A program made the translations under genes and the position numbers. Shown here in pieces: positions 8,322 through 18,610 of a stretch of 64,000 nt of DNA; the stretch's first letter is position 1; each line of letters begins with the position of its first letter. Source of the DNA: an uncultured Gemmatimonadales bacterium (GTDB lineage: Bacteria > Gemmatimonadota > Gemmatimonadetes > Longimicrobiales > Longimicrobiaceae); the NCBI GenBank assembly GCA_963716255.1, contig OY970303.1, positions 2,912,001 through 2,976,000 on the forward strand, read 5' to 3'. The notes beneath the pieces are model-generated. The model had not been told where the DNA came from, made no database searches, and worked only from the letters and a program-made list of their open reading frames with translations.

Positions 8322-10820
8322 GTGGAGGGTTCGTCCCATGAACCGACGCAGCACCCCGCGCCCCCGCTGGCGCTCCCCCTTCTGCTCGCGCTTCTGCTAG
8401 GCCTCCTGCCCGCCCTCGCGGCCGCCCAGGGCACCGTGCGGGGCACCGTGGCCGGCGACCAGGGCGCCGCCCTCGCCGGCGCGCAGGTGACGGTGGCCGG
8501 CACCCGCCTGGCCACCTCCACCAACGCCCAGGGGGCGTTCTCGCTGGTGGGCGTCCCCGCGGGCTCGCAGCAGCTCCGCGTCTCGCGGGTGGGCTACCGC
8601 GCCTCCACGCAGACGGTGGAGGTGCGCGCGGGCGAGGAAACGCTGGTCGCCGTCGCGCTGACGCAGAACCCGGTGGAGCTGGACGCCATGGTGGTGTCCG
8701 CCTCGCGCCGCGCCGAGCGCATCACCGAGGCGCCGGCCACGGTCACCCGCATCGGGCCGGAGGTGCTGGAGAACGCCGTGGGCAACTCGTTCGTGGGCGC
8801 GCTCAAGCAGGCCAAGGGGCTGGACTTCATCCAGGTGGGCGCCACCGCGGTGGCGATCAACGCCCGCGGCTTCAACTCGTCGTTCAACAACCGCATGCTG
8901 ATGATGGAGGACGGCCGCATCGCCGTGCTCCCGGAGAACGGCCTGCCGGTGGGGCAGTTCACCGCCACCCCCAAGGTGGACCTGGAATCGCTGGAGGTGA
9001 TCGTGGGCCCCGGCGCGGCGCTCTACGGCGCGGACGCGAGCAACGGCGTGCTCACGCTGCAGACCAAGGACCCGCGCGAGTTCCCCGGCACCACCGTGGA
9101 GGTGACGGGCGGCAACCGCAGCTACAAGGACGTGCAGCTGCGCCACGCCGGCGTGTTCGGCAACTGGGGCTACAAGGCGGCCGGCGAGTTCCAGGACGCG
9201 GACGACTGGTCCAACGAGCTCCGCTACGGCACCGGCGGCGTGATCCCCGAGGTGGGGGTGGGCGGCGAGATCGACTGGACGGCGCGGGTGTCGCGCGGGA
9301 GCGGCGCGGTGGTGCGCTACTTCGACGACGCCCGGCTGGAGCTGAGCGGCGGCATCAGCCAGACGGACGGCGTGGGGCAGACCAACGTGGGCCGCAACCA
9401 GCTGGACGGGTGGATCTACAACTTCGCGCAGGCCCGCTTCCAGAGCCCCCGCTGGTACGCCACCGCCTACCGCACGCAGAGCAAGGCGGGCGACTCGTAC
9501 GCCATCAACCGCTTCTCCGAGAACCGGGCCGCGGCGGCCAACGCCGGCAAGTCGGACGAGGAGATCCGGCTGATGTCGGACTGGCCCAGCGACGGCCAGC
9601 TGTACGCGGCGGAGATCCAGAACAACTTCAGCGTCCCCGCGCTGCTGGGCTCCCGCTTCGTGTGGGGCGTGCAGGGGAGGCGCGACATCGTGAGCAGCGA
9701 CCGCCAGTGGCTCACCGACCGGCTCACGGGCGAGGACATCAACATCGACCAGTGGGGCGTGTACGGGCAGAGCGAGACGCAGCTCCTGCCGCGGCTGCAG
9801 CTGCTGCTGGCCGGGCGCTACGACAACCACGAGAACTACGAGGCGCAGTTCAGCCCCAAGGCGGGGCTGGTGCTCACCCCGGTGGACGGCCACACGCTGC
9901 GCGCCACGTACAACCGCGCCTTCAAGTCGCCCACCACGCTGCAGACCAACTTCTTCATCCCGGACTGGACCGCGGCCATCTCCATCTACGGCAACACGGA
10001 GGGCTTCACGGTCAAGAACGCCGCGGGGACCACGGTGGCCACGTACGACCCGCTGGTGCCGGAGCGCAACGAGACCTGGGAGGTGGGCTACAAGGGGCTC
10101 GTGGGCGGGCGCCTGTTCGTGGACGTGGCGGGCTACCGCTCCAGCTACGAAGACTTCCTCAGCCCGCTGGCGGTGATCGGCAACCCGTTCGCGACCGGCG
10201 GCGCGGCCACCTTCGCGTACGACGGCGACGGGACGCTGATCAAGAACCCGGCCGGCCTCACCCCCATCGTGCTCACCTACTACAACCTGGGGCAGGCGAA
10301 GCTGGACGGGGTGGACGCGGGGGTCAACTACGTGCTGAACCCAAAGCTCAGCTTCGCGGGGACCTTTTCCTGGCTGGACCTCAGGGACGTGGAGGTGCCG
10401 GCGGGCCGCGAGGAGGCCACGTCGCTGAATGCCCCCGCCACCAAGTGGTCGCTGGGAACGAACCTCAACGACCTGGGCGGCTTCCGCGGCGGGGCCTGGC
10501 TGGGCGGCGCGACGCTGCGCCACGTGAACAGCTACTACTTCCGCTCGGGCATCAACATGGGGGTGATCCCCACCTTCACCACGCTGGACCTGAACGTGGG
10601 CTACAAGCTCCCGGCGCTCAACACCACCCTGAGCGTGGGGCTGAGCAACCTGTTCACCTGCAGCCAGGACGACGAGGCGGCCTTCACCTACTCGGACGCC
10701 CTGCGCACCACGCCGACCAACAAGTCGCGCCAGTGCGGCTTCGGGATGAAGCACCAGGAGATGATCAACATGCCGAGCATCGGCACCATGGTGTTCATCG
10801 GGGCTCGGTACCACATCTAG
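8322..10820 (+). CDS. TonB-dependent receptor with N-terminal carboxypeptidase-regulatory-like domain; N-terminus possibly frameshifted
   Basis: VVSASRRAERITEAPATV plug start, LEVIVGPGAALYGADASNGVL, FSPKAGL, C-terminal beta strand VFIGARYHI. Confidence 0.93.
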   Translation: MEGSSHEPTQHPAPPLALPLLLALLLGLLPALAAAQGTVRGTVAGDQGAALAGAQVTVAGTRLATSTNAQGAFSLVGVPAGSQQLRVSRVGYRASTQTVEVRAGEETLVAVALTQNPVELDAMVVSASRRAERITEAPATVTRIGPEVLENAVGNSFVGALKQAKGLDFIQVGATAVAINARGFNSSFNNRMLMMEDGRIAVLPENGLPVGQFTATPKVDLESLEVIVGPGAALYGADASNGVLTLQTKDPREFPGTTVEVTGGNRSYKDVQLRHAGVFGNWGYKAAGEFQDADDWSNELRYGTGGVIPEVGVGGEIDWTARVSRGSGAVVRYFDDARLELSGGISQTDGVGQTNVGRNQLDGWIYNFAQARFQSPRWYATAYRTQSKAGDSYAINRFSENRAAAANAGKSDEEIRLMSDWPSDGQLYAAEIQNNFSVPALLGSRFVWGVQGRRDIVSSDRQWLTDRLTGEDINIDQWGVYGQSETQLLPRLQLLLAGRYDNHENYEAQFSPKAGLVLTPVDGHTLRATYNRAFKSPTTLQTNFFIPDWTAAISIYGNTEGFTVKNAAGTTVATYDPLVPERNETWEVGYKGLVGGRLFVDVAGYRSSYEDFLSPLAVIGNPFATGGAATFAYDGDGTLIKNPAGLTPIVLTYYNLGQAKLDGVDAGVNYVLNPKLSFAGTFSWLDLRDVEVPAGREEATSLNAPATKWSLGTNLNDLGGFRGGAWLGGATLRHVNSYYFRSGINMGVIPTFTTLDLNVGYKLPALNTTLSVGLSNLFTCSQDDEAAFTYSDALRTTPTNKSRQCGFGMKHQEMINMPSIGTMVFIGARYHI

Positions 10821-10834
10821 CCAGACGGTGGTTC

Positions 10835-10964
10835 GGGCGTGCCCCCGGCTGCGCCGGGGTCGGGCTTCGGCTCCGTAGGACACGAAACTACCGTGTCCAA
10901 CGGAGTCGAGCCCCGACGGTGCTGCTGTCGGGTCTCGCCCCTTCGGGCCGAAATCCCTCACGCG
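10835..10964 (+). repeat. Structured repeat family A, copy 1 (stem GGACACG)
   Basis: GGGCGTG…GGGCTTCGGCTCCGTA-stem-loop-stem-AACGGAGTCGAGCCC…GGCCGAAATCCCTCACGC. Confidence 0.92.
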
Positions 10965-11031
10965 GGCGCCGGAGCATGCCCCGGCTGTTGCAGGCTCTCC
11001 CCTGTACCCTGTACCCTGTTCCCTCGCCGTC

Positions 11032-12054
11032 ATGAACCGTCTCGCCGCCGCCCTGATGTCGATTCCCATCGCCGCCTGCGCCGCGGGGACCCCGCCCGCA
11101 CCCCCGTCCGATCCCGGCCCCGCGCCCGCCGCCCGCGACGCGTCGTTCGCCTGGCACTCGCTCGCCGGGCCCGGCGGCGGGCGGCGCTACCGGCTCTTCG
11201 TCCCGGCTTCGTACGACGGAGCGCGCCCGGCGCCGCTGCTGGTGATGCTGCACGGCTGCACCCAGGACCCCGACGACTTCGCGCGGGGGACGCGGATGAA
11301 CGAGGTGGCGGAGGAGCACGGCCTGCTGGTGGCGTACCCGGAGCAGACCCCGGCCGGTAACCCCCAGAAGTGCTGGAGCTGGTTCGACCCGGCGCACCAG
11401 GAGCGCGGGCGCGGCGAGCCGGAGGACGTCGCCCGCGTCGCGCGCGAGGTCATGGCGGCGCACCGGGTGGACGCGGCGCGCGTGTACGTGGCCGGCGTTT
11501 CCGCGGGCGGGGCGATGGCGCTGGGCGTGGCCGCCGCGTACCCGGAGCTGTTCGCCGCGGCGGGGTCGCACTCCGGCATCGCGTACCGCGCCGCCGGCGG
11601 GGTGCAGCAGGCGCTGGGCGCCATGCAGCGCGGCGCGGCGGACACCGCCGGGCTGGGCGCCGCCGTGGCGGCGGCCATGGGCGAACGGGCGCGGCCGCTG
11701 CCGGTGATCGTGTTCCACGGCGGCGCGGACCCCGTGGTGCGCGCCGTCAACGGCGGGCAGACCGCCGCGCAGTGGGCGGCGGCCAGCGGGCTCGCGGGCC
11801 GCCCGCTGCGGCCGGTGATGGACGAGGTGCACGGCCCGCCCCCGCCGGTTCCCGCGCCCGAGGGCTTCCTCCCCTCGCGCACCCGCTTCCTGGACGGGGC
11901 GGGCCGCGCCGTGCTGGAGCTGTGGGTGGTGCCCGGGCTGGCGCACGCCTGGTCCGGTGGCTCGCCGGAGGGCACCTTCACCGACGCGCGCGGCCCCGAC
12001 GCCAGCCGGGAGATGGTGCGCTTCTTCCTGGAGCACCCGCGGGAGGCGAGTTGA
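11032..12054 (+). CDS. PHB-depolymerase/LpqC-family esterase, predicted lipoprotein
   Basis: MLHGCTQ, CWSWF, GVSAGG nucleophile elbow, FHGGAD, HAWSGG…DARGPDAS; lipobox IAAC. Confidence 0.92.
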   Translation: MNRLAAALMSIPIAACAAGTPPAPPSDPGPAPAARDASFAWHSLAGPGGGRRYRLFVPASYDGARPAPLLVMLHGCTQDPDDFARGTRMNEVAEEHGLLVAYPEQTPAGNPQKCWSWFDPAHQERGRGEPEDVARVAREVMAAHRVDAARVYVAGVSAGGAMALGVAAAYPELFAAAGSHSGIAYRAAGGVQQALGAMQRGAADTAGLGAAVAAAMGERARPLPVIVFHGGADPVVRAVNGGQTAAQWAAASGLAGRPLRPVMDEVHGPPPPVPAPEGFLPSRTRFLDGAGRAVLELWVVPGLAHAWSGGSPEGTFTDARGPDASREMVRFFLEHPREAS

Positions 12055-13577
12055 GCGCGCCGCACTTCCCCGCCTTCCCGGACCCCGTCCGCTTCTGGAG
12101 CCGGCTGCACCCCGCGCGGCCCGCCCTGGTGGACCGCGCCGCGGGGCTGCGCCTCACCTACGCCGAGCTGGACGCGCGCGTCGTGCGCCGCGCCGCCGCG
12201 CTCCGCGCCCTGGGCGTGGGGCGCGGCGCCCTGGTGGGCGTGCTCGCCGGCAACCGCGCCGAGGTGGTGGAGCTGTTCTTCGCCTGCGGGCGCGTGGGCG
12301 CGGCGCTCCTCCCCCTCAACTGGCGCCTCGCCGCCGCCGAGCTGGCCGTGGTGCTGGGCGACGCGCGCCCCCAGCTGCTGCTGCGCGAGGAGCGCTTCCG
12401 CCGCCTGGGCGACGACGCCCTGGCGGCCGCCGGCGGCGTCCCCGCCGCCGGCTGGGCCGAGCTCGCCGCAGCGCCGGACCCGGGCACCGACCCGGCCGAC
12501 GACGTGCCGGACGCGGCCGTCTCGCCGGACGACCCGGCGCTGGTGCTGTACACCTCCGGGAGCACCGGACGCCCCAAGGGCGCCGTGCTCCCCCACCGGC
12601 AGGTCCTGTGGAACGCCGTGGCCACCGCCACCGCGTGGGAGCTGGGGCCGGCGGACGTGGCGCCGGTGTCCACGCCGTTCTTCCACACCGGGGGCTGGAA
12701 CGTGTTCGCCACGCCGCTCTGGCACCGCGGCGGCACGGTGGTGCTGCTGGACGGCTTCGACGCGGACGACTTCCTGGCCGCCGTGGAGGAGGAGGGGATC
12801 ACCGTCGCGCTCACGGTGCCCACGCAATTGCTGATGCTCATGGAGAGCCCGCGCTGGGGACGTCCGCTCCCGGCGCTGCGCTTCTTCATCTCCGGGGGCG
12901 CCCCCTGCCCCGCCGCGCTCGCCGCGCGGGTGCGCGCCGCCGGCTACCGCTTCCGCGAGGGGTACGGCCTCACCGAGTGCGGCCCCAACTGCTTCGTCCT
13001 GTCGGACGAGGAGGCGGCGCGCAAGCCGGGGAGCGTGGGGCGCCCGGTGCCCTTCCTGGAGATGCGGCTGGTGGCGGCGGACGGGCGGGAGGCGGAGCCC
13101 GGCGAGGCGGGCGAGCTGCTGCTGCGCGGCCCGCAGCTGTTCGCCGGGTACCTGCGCGACCCCGAGCGCACCGCCGAGGCATTCGCCGCGGACGGGTGGC
13201 TGCGCACCGGCGACCTGGCCCGCCGCGACGCCGACGGCGTGTACACCGTGTGCGGGCGGCGAAAGGAGATGTACATCTCCGGCGGGGAGAACGTCTTTCC
13301 CGGCGAGGTGGAGGCCGCGCTCGCGGACTGCCCCGGGGTGGCGGAGGCGGTGGTGGTGGGCGTCGCCGACGCCCGCTGGGGCGAGGTGGGCCGCGCCTTC
13401 GTGGTCAGGCGGGCGGGGGCCGCGCCGGGCGAGGCGGAGGTGGTTGCCCACGCCCGCGCCCGCCTGGCCGGCTACAAGGTGCCCCGGTCGGTGGTGTTCC
13501 TGGACGAGATCCCGCGCCTGGGCTCCGGCAAGCCGGACCGCCGCGCCCTGGCGGAGTGGGCGGAGGTGACCGCGTGA
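12051..13577 (+). CDS. Acyl-CoA ligase (MenE/FadD13-like AMP-binding enzyme)
   Basis: [53 protein letters not shown] start overlaps the upstream stop. Confidence 0.93.
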   Translation: MSAPHFPAFPDPVRFWSRLHPARPALVDRAAGLRLTYAELDARVVRRAAALRALGVGRGALVGVLAGNRAEVVELFFACGRVGAALLPLNWRLAAAELAVVLGDARPQLLLREERFRRLGDDALAAAGGVPAAGWAELAAAPDPGTDPADDVPDAAVSPDDPALVLYTSGSTGRPKGAVLPHRQVLWNAVATATAWELGPADVAPVSTPFFHTGGWNVFATPLWHRGGTVVLLDGFDADDFLAAVEEEGITVALTVPTQLLMLMESPRWGRPLPALRFFISGGAPCPAALAARVRAAGYRFREGYGLTECGPNCFVLSDEEAARKPGSVGRPVPFLEMRLVAADGREAEPGEAGELLLRGPQLFAGYLRDPERTAEAFAADGWLRTGDLARRDADGVYTVCGRRKEMYISGGENVFPGEVEAALADCPGVAEAVVVGVADARWGEVGRAFVVRRAGAAPGEAEVVAHARARLAGYKVPRSVVFLDEIPRLGSGKPDRRALAEWAEVTA

Positions 13578-14149
13578 CCGGAGCCGCGACCATGCAGCAG
13601 CAGGCCAAGGGATCCACCCTGCGCTCCACGCTGGACTTCCTGCGCGCCGAGGTGGGCGCCGACGCGGTGCAGGGCGTGCTGGCGAGCCTCCCCCCGGAGG
13701 AGCGCCGCGTGGTGGAGGACGCCGCGGCCACCGAGGAAGTGCCGCTGGCGACGCTGCTGGGCCTGTGGCGGGCCGTGGACGCGGCGATCGGCGCGCGGCA
13801 CCCGGACTGGATCGAGCGGGCGGGGGCGTACGCCATCCAGGGGTTCGGGGTGCAGCTGTACGGCGGCATCCTGCGCAAGGCCAACCCCACCGAGTTCCTG
13901 ACGCAGCGCGTGTCGCTCTTCCAGCTCTACTACCGCCCCGGCAACATGGAGGTGGTGGAGGTGGAGCCGGGCCGGGCCGTCCTGCGCCTGGTGGGCTTCG
14001 ACCCGGTGGACACGCTGTTCTGCCGCCGCCAGACGGGGGGGCTGCTGCGCTCCGTGGAGCTCGCCGGCGGGCGGGGGGGCTCCGTGCGCCACGTGCGCTG
14101 CTCCGCGGAGGGCGACGCGTTCTGCGAGTGGGAGCTGCGCTGGAGCTGA
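13574..14149 (+). CDS. Hypothetical protein with V4R/HNOB-like small-ligand-binding C-terminus
   Basis: Coupled GTG start; AKGSTL N-terminus and C-terminal HVRCSAEGDAFCEWELRW. Confidence 0.75.
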   Translation: MTGAATMQQQAKGSTLRSTLDFLRAEVGADAVQGVLASLPPEERRVVEDAAATEEVPLATLLGLWRAVDAAIGARHPDWIERAGAYAIQGFGVQLYGGILRKANPTEFLTQRVSLFQLYYRPGNMEVVEVEPGRAVLRLVGFDPVDTLFCRRQTGGLLRSVELAGGRGGSVRHVRCSAEGDAFCEWELRWS

Positions 14150-14187
14150 CGGACAGGGGACAGGGAATGGCCTGCAACGGCGGGTTC

Positions 14188-14317
14188 GGGCGTGCCCCCG
14201 GCTGTCGCCGGGGTCGGGCTTCGGCTCCGTAGAGCAGCAAACAACGCTGCTCAACGGAGTCGAGCCCCGCGAAACTGCCCGCGGGTCTCGCCCCTTCGGG
14301 CCGAAATCCCTCACGCG
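14188..14317 (+). repeat. Structured repeat family A, copy 2 (stem GAGCAGC)
   Basis: Same scaffold as copy 1. Confidence 0.92.
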
Positions 14318-14339
14318 GCATCGCGCTGGCGTCGGCCGG

Positions 14340-14495
14340 GGCCCCCTCCCCCCGGCCCCTCCCCCGCAAGCGTGAGAGGGGGAGCACTGCACCGGACCCG
14401 CCGTCGCCCCCTCTCCCAGAATGGCGCTCCACGCTTCGCGTGAACCGGATGAAGGACCCGGGTGGCGAGCCTCAAGCGAGCCGGGTGAGGGTCGC
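14340..14495. repeat. REP-like family C cluster
   Basis: CCCCTCCCCCGGCCCCTCCCCCGCAAGC…GGGGGAG and GGGTGGCGAGCCTCAAGCGAGCCGGGTGAGGG. Confidence 0.7.
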
Positions 14496-14599
14496 CGTGC
14501 GGCGCCACTGCCGCTCAGGCCGGCGCTCCGGCGGCGGGCGGGCGTGTGATTTGCCTCTCCGCGCTTCGAGCCGCGCCCCCACCCGAGCAGGGAGTCCGC

Positions 14600-14962
14600 A
14601 TGCGACCGCCACGACACAGGTTCTCCGACGACGTCCGCTCCACCGCGCGGGAGATGGCGGCGCGCATGGCCCACGACGGCACCATGCCGGAAACGCCGGA
14701 GGAGCTGGACGCGTGGATCGCCGCGGTGCCCGAGGCGCGGGCGTCGCTGGAGCGGGGCGGCTGGGGGCGGGACTTCACCTCGGACGACCTGCTCCCGCTC
14801 CTTCACGTGTTCGCGGGCACCGGAGGCGCGGCCCGGCCGGTCGTTCCGACCAAGGCCCCTTCCATGGGCCGCCTGATCCTGGGGCTCCTGATCCTGATTG
14901 CCGTGGGAGCGGCGTTCGCCCTGCTGGCGGGGGGCGCCGCCGTGCCCACGCCCGGGCGCTGA
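14600..14962 (+). CDS. Hypothetical protein with C-terminal transmembrane helix
   Basis: GGAG RBS; C-terminal LILGLLILIAVGAAFALL. Confidence 0.65.
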   Translation: MRPPRHRFSDDVRSTAREMAARMAHDGTMPETPEELDAWIAAVPEARASLERGGWGRDFTSDDLLPLLHVFAGTGGAARPVVPTKAPSMGRLILGLLILIAVGAAFALLAGGAAVPTPGR

Positions 14963-14969
14963 AGAGGCG

Positions 14970-15205
14970 GGCCCTCACCCCCCGGCCCCCTCTCCTGCAA
15001 GGGGAGAGGGGGAGAACGGCGACGGCGACCCCCTCCCCGCAAGGGGGAGGGGAGCACGACACGACGAGGCACAGGGACACGAAAGCCCTCTCCCGCACGC
15101 AAGCGGGGGAGGGCTTTTTTCGTCGTTCTCTCCTCCCCCGCTGGCGGCGGAGGGGCGGCGCGCGGCGCCGGGGTGGGGGGCCCTCAGCGGACGCCAGCGC
15201 GAGAC
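14970..15205. repeat. REP-like family C cluster
   Basis: Several CCCTCTCCC…GCAA…GGGGAGAGGG palindromes plus AGCACGACACGACGA, also seen at 27770 and 51680. Confidence 0.7.
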
Positions 15206-15206
15206 C

Positions 15207-15333
15207 CGCGTGAGGGATTCCGGCCCGAAGGGGCGAGACCCGGCGCAGTTTGCCGGGGCTCGACTCCGTTAGCCCGCGTTGTTTGCGGGCTTACGGAGCC
15301 GAAGCCCGACCCCGCGCCAGCGGGGGCACGCCC
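15207..15333 (-). repeat. Structured repeat family A, copy 3 (stem AGCCCGC)
   Basis: Reverse-complement copy of the scaffold. Confidence 0.92.
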
Positions 15334-15370
15334 GAGCCCGCCGTCAAAAGCCGTTCAGCCCCCCGAAACG

Positions 15371-16543
15371 TCACGGCTTCAGCACGACCTTGGTGCACCC
15401 GTCCTTCTTGTCCCGGAACGTCTTGTACAGCTCCGGCGCATCGGAAAGCGGCGCACGGTGCGAGATGATGAACGACGGGTCGATCGCGCCGGACTCGATC
15501 TTGTCCAGGAGCGGCCGCGTGTAGCGCTGCACGTGGGTCTGCCCGGTCTTGATGGTGAGCCCCTTGTTCATCGCCGCGCCGAAGGGGAACTTGTCGATCA
15601 TCCCCACGTACACGCCCGGCACCGAGACCGTGCCGCCGGTGCGGCAGCAGAGGATCGTTTCCCGCAGCACGTGCGCGCGGTCGGTTCCCAGCTTGAGCGT
15701 CTTCTTGGCCTTGTCGAGCACCGCGTCGAGGCTGCCGTGCGAGTGCGCCTCGCACCCCACGGCGTCGATGCAGCGGTCCGGCCCGCGCCCGGCGGTCATC
15801 TCGTCCAGGCGCTCCTTGACGTGCTCCTCGTCGAAGTTGATCGTCTCGGCGCGCCCCGGGCCGGCGGACATGGCCAGCCGCTCGGGGACGCGGTCGATGG
15901 AGATCACGCGGCCGGCGCCCATCATCCAGGCGCTCTGGATCGTCATCTGCCCCACCGGGCCCGCCCCCCACACCGCCACCGTGTCGCCGGGCTCGATGCC
16001 GGCGTTCTCGGCGGCCATCCACCCCGTGGGGAGGATGTCGGAAAGGAAGAGCACCTTCTCGTCCGGCAGGTCGCTCTCGATCTTCTGCGGCCCCACGTCG
16101 GCGAACGGAACGCGCAGGTACTCCGCCTGCCCGCCCCAGAAGCCGCCCAGCAGGTGCGAGAAGCCGAACGCCCCCGCGGCGCGGTGGCCGACGACCTTCG
16201 CCATCATGTCGCCGTTGGGGTTGGAGGTCTCGCACGCGGCGAACAGCCCCTTGCGGCAGAAGAAGCACTGGCCGCACGCGATGATGAACGGCACCACCAC
16301 GCGGTCGCCGCGCTTCAGGTTCTTGACGGCGCTCCCCACCTCCTCCACGATCCCCATGGGCTCGTGGCCCAGGATGTCGCCCTCCTTCATGGTCGGCTGG
16401 TAGCCGTCCAGCAGGTGCAGGTCCGAGCCGCAGATGGCGGTCGCGGTGATGCGGACGACCACGTCCGTGGGGTCCACGATCTGCGGGTCGGGGACGGTGT
16501 CCACGCGGACGTCGTCCTTGCCGTGCCATACGAGTGCTTTCAT
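15371..16543 (-). CDS. Zn-dependent alcohol/formaldehyde dehydrogenase (MDR family, YbdR-like)
   Basis: [25 protein letters not shown]…[15 protein letters not shown]. Confidence 0.95.
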   Translation of the reverse strand: MKALVWHGKDDVRVDTVPDPQIVDPTDVVVRITATAICGSDLHLLDGYQPTMKEGDILGHEPMGIVEEVGSAVKNLKRGDRVVVPFIIACGQCFFCRKGLFAACETSNPNGDMMAKVVGHRAAGAFGFSHLLGGFWGGQAEYLRVPFADVGPQKIESDLPDEKVLFLSDILPTGWMAAENAGIEPGDTVAVWGAGPVGQMTIQSAWMMGAGRVISIDRVPERLAMSAGPGRAETINFDEEHVKERLDEMTAGRGPDRCIDAVGCEAHSHGSLDAVLDKAKKTLKLGTDRAHVLRETILCCRTGGTVSVPGVYVGMIDKFPFGAAMNKGLTIKTGQTHVQRYTRPLLDKIESGAIDPSFIISHRAPLSDAPELYKTFRDKKDGCTKVVLKP

Positions 16544-16659
16544 GCGCGTCTCCTGCGTCTGGGGCTCGTGACCCCCGCCTCGTCCCGGGCGGCGGTGGGG
16601 GCCGGGGACTGTGCACGCCATGTGCCGCGGAGCGGGGACGCGAGAACCGCGGGAGCAGC

Positions 16660-17868
16660 TCAGGCGGGCTCGCCGACGTGCGCCTCCTCCGGGCGCGCGG
16701 CGGAGGAGGTGGCGAGGGCGCGGAGCCGCCGGATGCGCTCCAGGTCCGCCACGGCGCCGCCGCGGTCGAGCGCGCCGCCGAGCTGCGCCTCGGAGCGCTC
16801 CAGGAGGTCGGCGGCGCGCCGGGCGTCGCCCTCGGCGAGGCACACGGCGGCCTCGGCGAGCAGGCGCACGTACGGCGGCACCATCAGCCCGGTCCCGGCC
16901 CGCGCGAACAGCGCACGGGCGCGCGCGGCGTCGCCGTCGTGGGCGGCCGCGAAGTACGCCCCCATGAGGAGGAGGCCGGGGCGCACCACGGGCGGGAGCA
17001 CTTCCTCCAGCGCCAGGGCGGCCTCCAGCTGCCGTCGCGCCTCCGCGGGCTCGTCCCGGTCCAGGGCGTGTGCGTAGGCGAGCTGCCGCCCCACCACGTC
17101 GAACGAGGTGCCGTCGGCGGCGCCCAGCGCGAGCGCTACCAGCGCGGGGTCCCACCCGCGCGGCCGCCTCCCCGCCATCGACAGCGCCATCAGGGCGAGG
17201 ATGGCGACTTCGCGCTCGGTGTCCGGCCCGCCGCGGAGCAGGCGGAGGATGCGTGCGCCGTCGCTGTAGAAGCCGCCGGTGCGCGCCGGCACCAGCGTGG
17301 CCGCGGCGATGAAGAGCGACGCCACCCCGAACGCCGCCAGCGCCACGGCGGCGAGGGCGCGACCGAACCCGGCGTCCGCGGGGACCGGCGCCAGCCCCAG
17401 CGGCCCGCGCAGCGCCAGGGCGAGGATCCCGGTGAGGAGGGTCGCGGCGGGCCCGCCCGCGATCATCAGCAGGAAGCGGCGGCGCAGGTCGTGGGTGTCC
17501 TCGGGGACGCTCACCGCCAGCCCCCCGGCGACGGCGGCGCTGCGGTTCAGCGAGGTGCGGACGCCGGTGCCCGTGCGCTCCACGCGGAAGGGCCCCACCA
17601 CGAACAGGAGAGCGCGGAAGCCGGCGAGCCGCCCGCCCAGCAGGTGCCCGGCCTCGTGGATCGCGACCACCCCCACCAGCAGCGCCGCCAGCACCACGGC
17701 GGTGGCCGCCAGCTCCGCGCCGCTGAAGCGGCGGTCGGGAATGAGCCCCGGGACGTACCGGGCGCCGAGCCCCCCCAGGACGGCGCCGCCCAGCATGGGC
17801 AGGACGACGACGAGGGCGGCGCGGAGGAGGGTCTTCTTCCTTGCGGGGAAAGGAGGGGGCGGCGCCAT
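16660..17868 (-). CDS. M50-family (site-2) membrane metallopeptidase
   Basis: HEAGH within a TM segment, AGGP, later SDG motif. Confidence 0.8.
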   Translation of the reverse strand: MAPPPPFPARKKTLLRAALVVVLPMLGGAVLGGLGARYVPGLIPDRRFSGAELAATAVVLAALLVGVVAIHEAGHLLGGRLAGFRALLFVVGPFRVERTGTGVRTSLNRSAAVAGGLAVSVPEDTHDLRRRFLLMIAGGPAATLLTGILALALRGPLGLAPVPADAGFGRALAAVALAAFGVASLFIAAATLVPARTGGFYSDGARILRLLRGGPDTEREVAILALMALSMAGRRPRGWDPALVALALGAADGTSFDVVGRQLAYAHALDRDEPAEARRQLEAALALEEVLPPVVRPGLLLMGAYFAAAHDGDAARARALFARAGTGLMVPPYVRLLAEAAVCLAEGDARRAADLLERSEAQLGGALDRGGAVADLERIRRLRALATSSAARPEEAHVGEPA

Positions 17869-17970
17869 GGATCTGCTCCTCGGGATTCTCTTTGCCCGGC
17901 GGGTCCCGGACGATAGGTTGCGGCGGATGCGGTGCGGCGGACGAGGGCTCCCCATTCCCCCCGGAGGCGC

Positions 17971-18360
17971 ATGAGCGAGCAGGAGAAGCCGGAGACCGGG
18001 TCCATCGGCTGGGCGGACCTGACGGTGCCCGACGCGGGCGCGGTGCGCGACTTCTACCGCGAGGTGGTGGGGTGGACGGCCACGGGCCTGGACATGGGCG
18101 GATACGAGGACTTCTGCATGAACGCGCCGGGGAGCGGCAGGACGGTCGCGGGGGTCTGCCACGCGCGCGGCGTCAACGCGGGGCTGCCGGCGCAGTGGCT
18201 GGTCTACATCACCGTGGAGGACGTGGACCGGAGCGCGGCGCGCGTGGTGGAGCTGGGCGGCGAGGTGATCCTGGCGCCGAAGAGCGCGGGGGGCCAGGCC
18301 CGCTTCTGCGTGATCCGCGACCCGGCGGGCGCCGTGTGCGCGCTGCACTCGCCGGGTTGA
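17971..18360 (+). CDS. VOC/glyoxalase family protein
   Basis: [42 protein letters not shown]. Confidence 0.92.
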   Translation: MSEQEKPETGSIGWADLTVPDAGAVRDFYREVVGWTATGLDMGGYEDFCMNAPGSGRTVAGVCHARGVNAGLPAQWLVYITVEDVDRSAARVVELGGEVILAPKSAGGQARFCVIRDPAGAVCALHSPG

Positions 18361-18376
18361 GGCCGCGAACGGCGGG

Positions 18377-18586
18377 TCAACGGAGGAGGGTCTCCAGCTC
18401 CTCGAAGACCCTCTCGCCCGAAATCGGCCGCACCTTCCCGGAGCGCAGCTCCTCCACCCGGCTTTGAATCTCGGCTGCCCAGGCGGCCGCGTGGCCGGCG
18501 TCTTCCCCGCAGCCGGCGAGCGGCCGATCCGGGAGGCCGCACTCCGCCTCGTGGGCATCGTGCGCGGAGTTCCTGTGCTCGACCAT
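18377..18586 (-). CDS. Putative addiction-module antitoxin component, possibly degenerate
   Basis: C-terminal AAWAAEIQSRVEELRSGKVRPISGERVFEEL is typical of this family; N-terminus atypical. Confidence 0.6.
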   Translation of the reverse strand: MVEHRNSAHDAHEAECGLPDRPLAGCGEDAGHAAAWAAEIQSRVEELRSGKVRPISGERVFEELETLLR

Positions 18587-18610
18587 TGCCCGTGATCCTC
18601 GGAGAGAAGG

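Noticed and set aside
10835..10964. Family A as a tRNA or hammerhead ribozyme
   Set aside because: Multi-stem and contains GAAA, but lacks the T-loop/CCA features of tRNA and the CUGANGA hammerhead core.
14192..14443. Recurring short ORFs with MRDFGPKGRDP / LRSRSPTP / GRASAP peptides
   Set aside because: They are translations of repeat family A; they lack consistent starts, RBSs and lengths.
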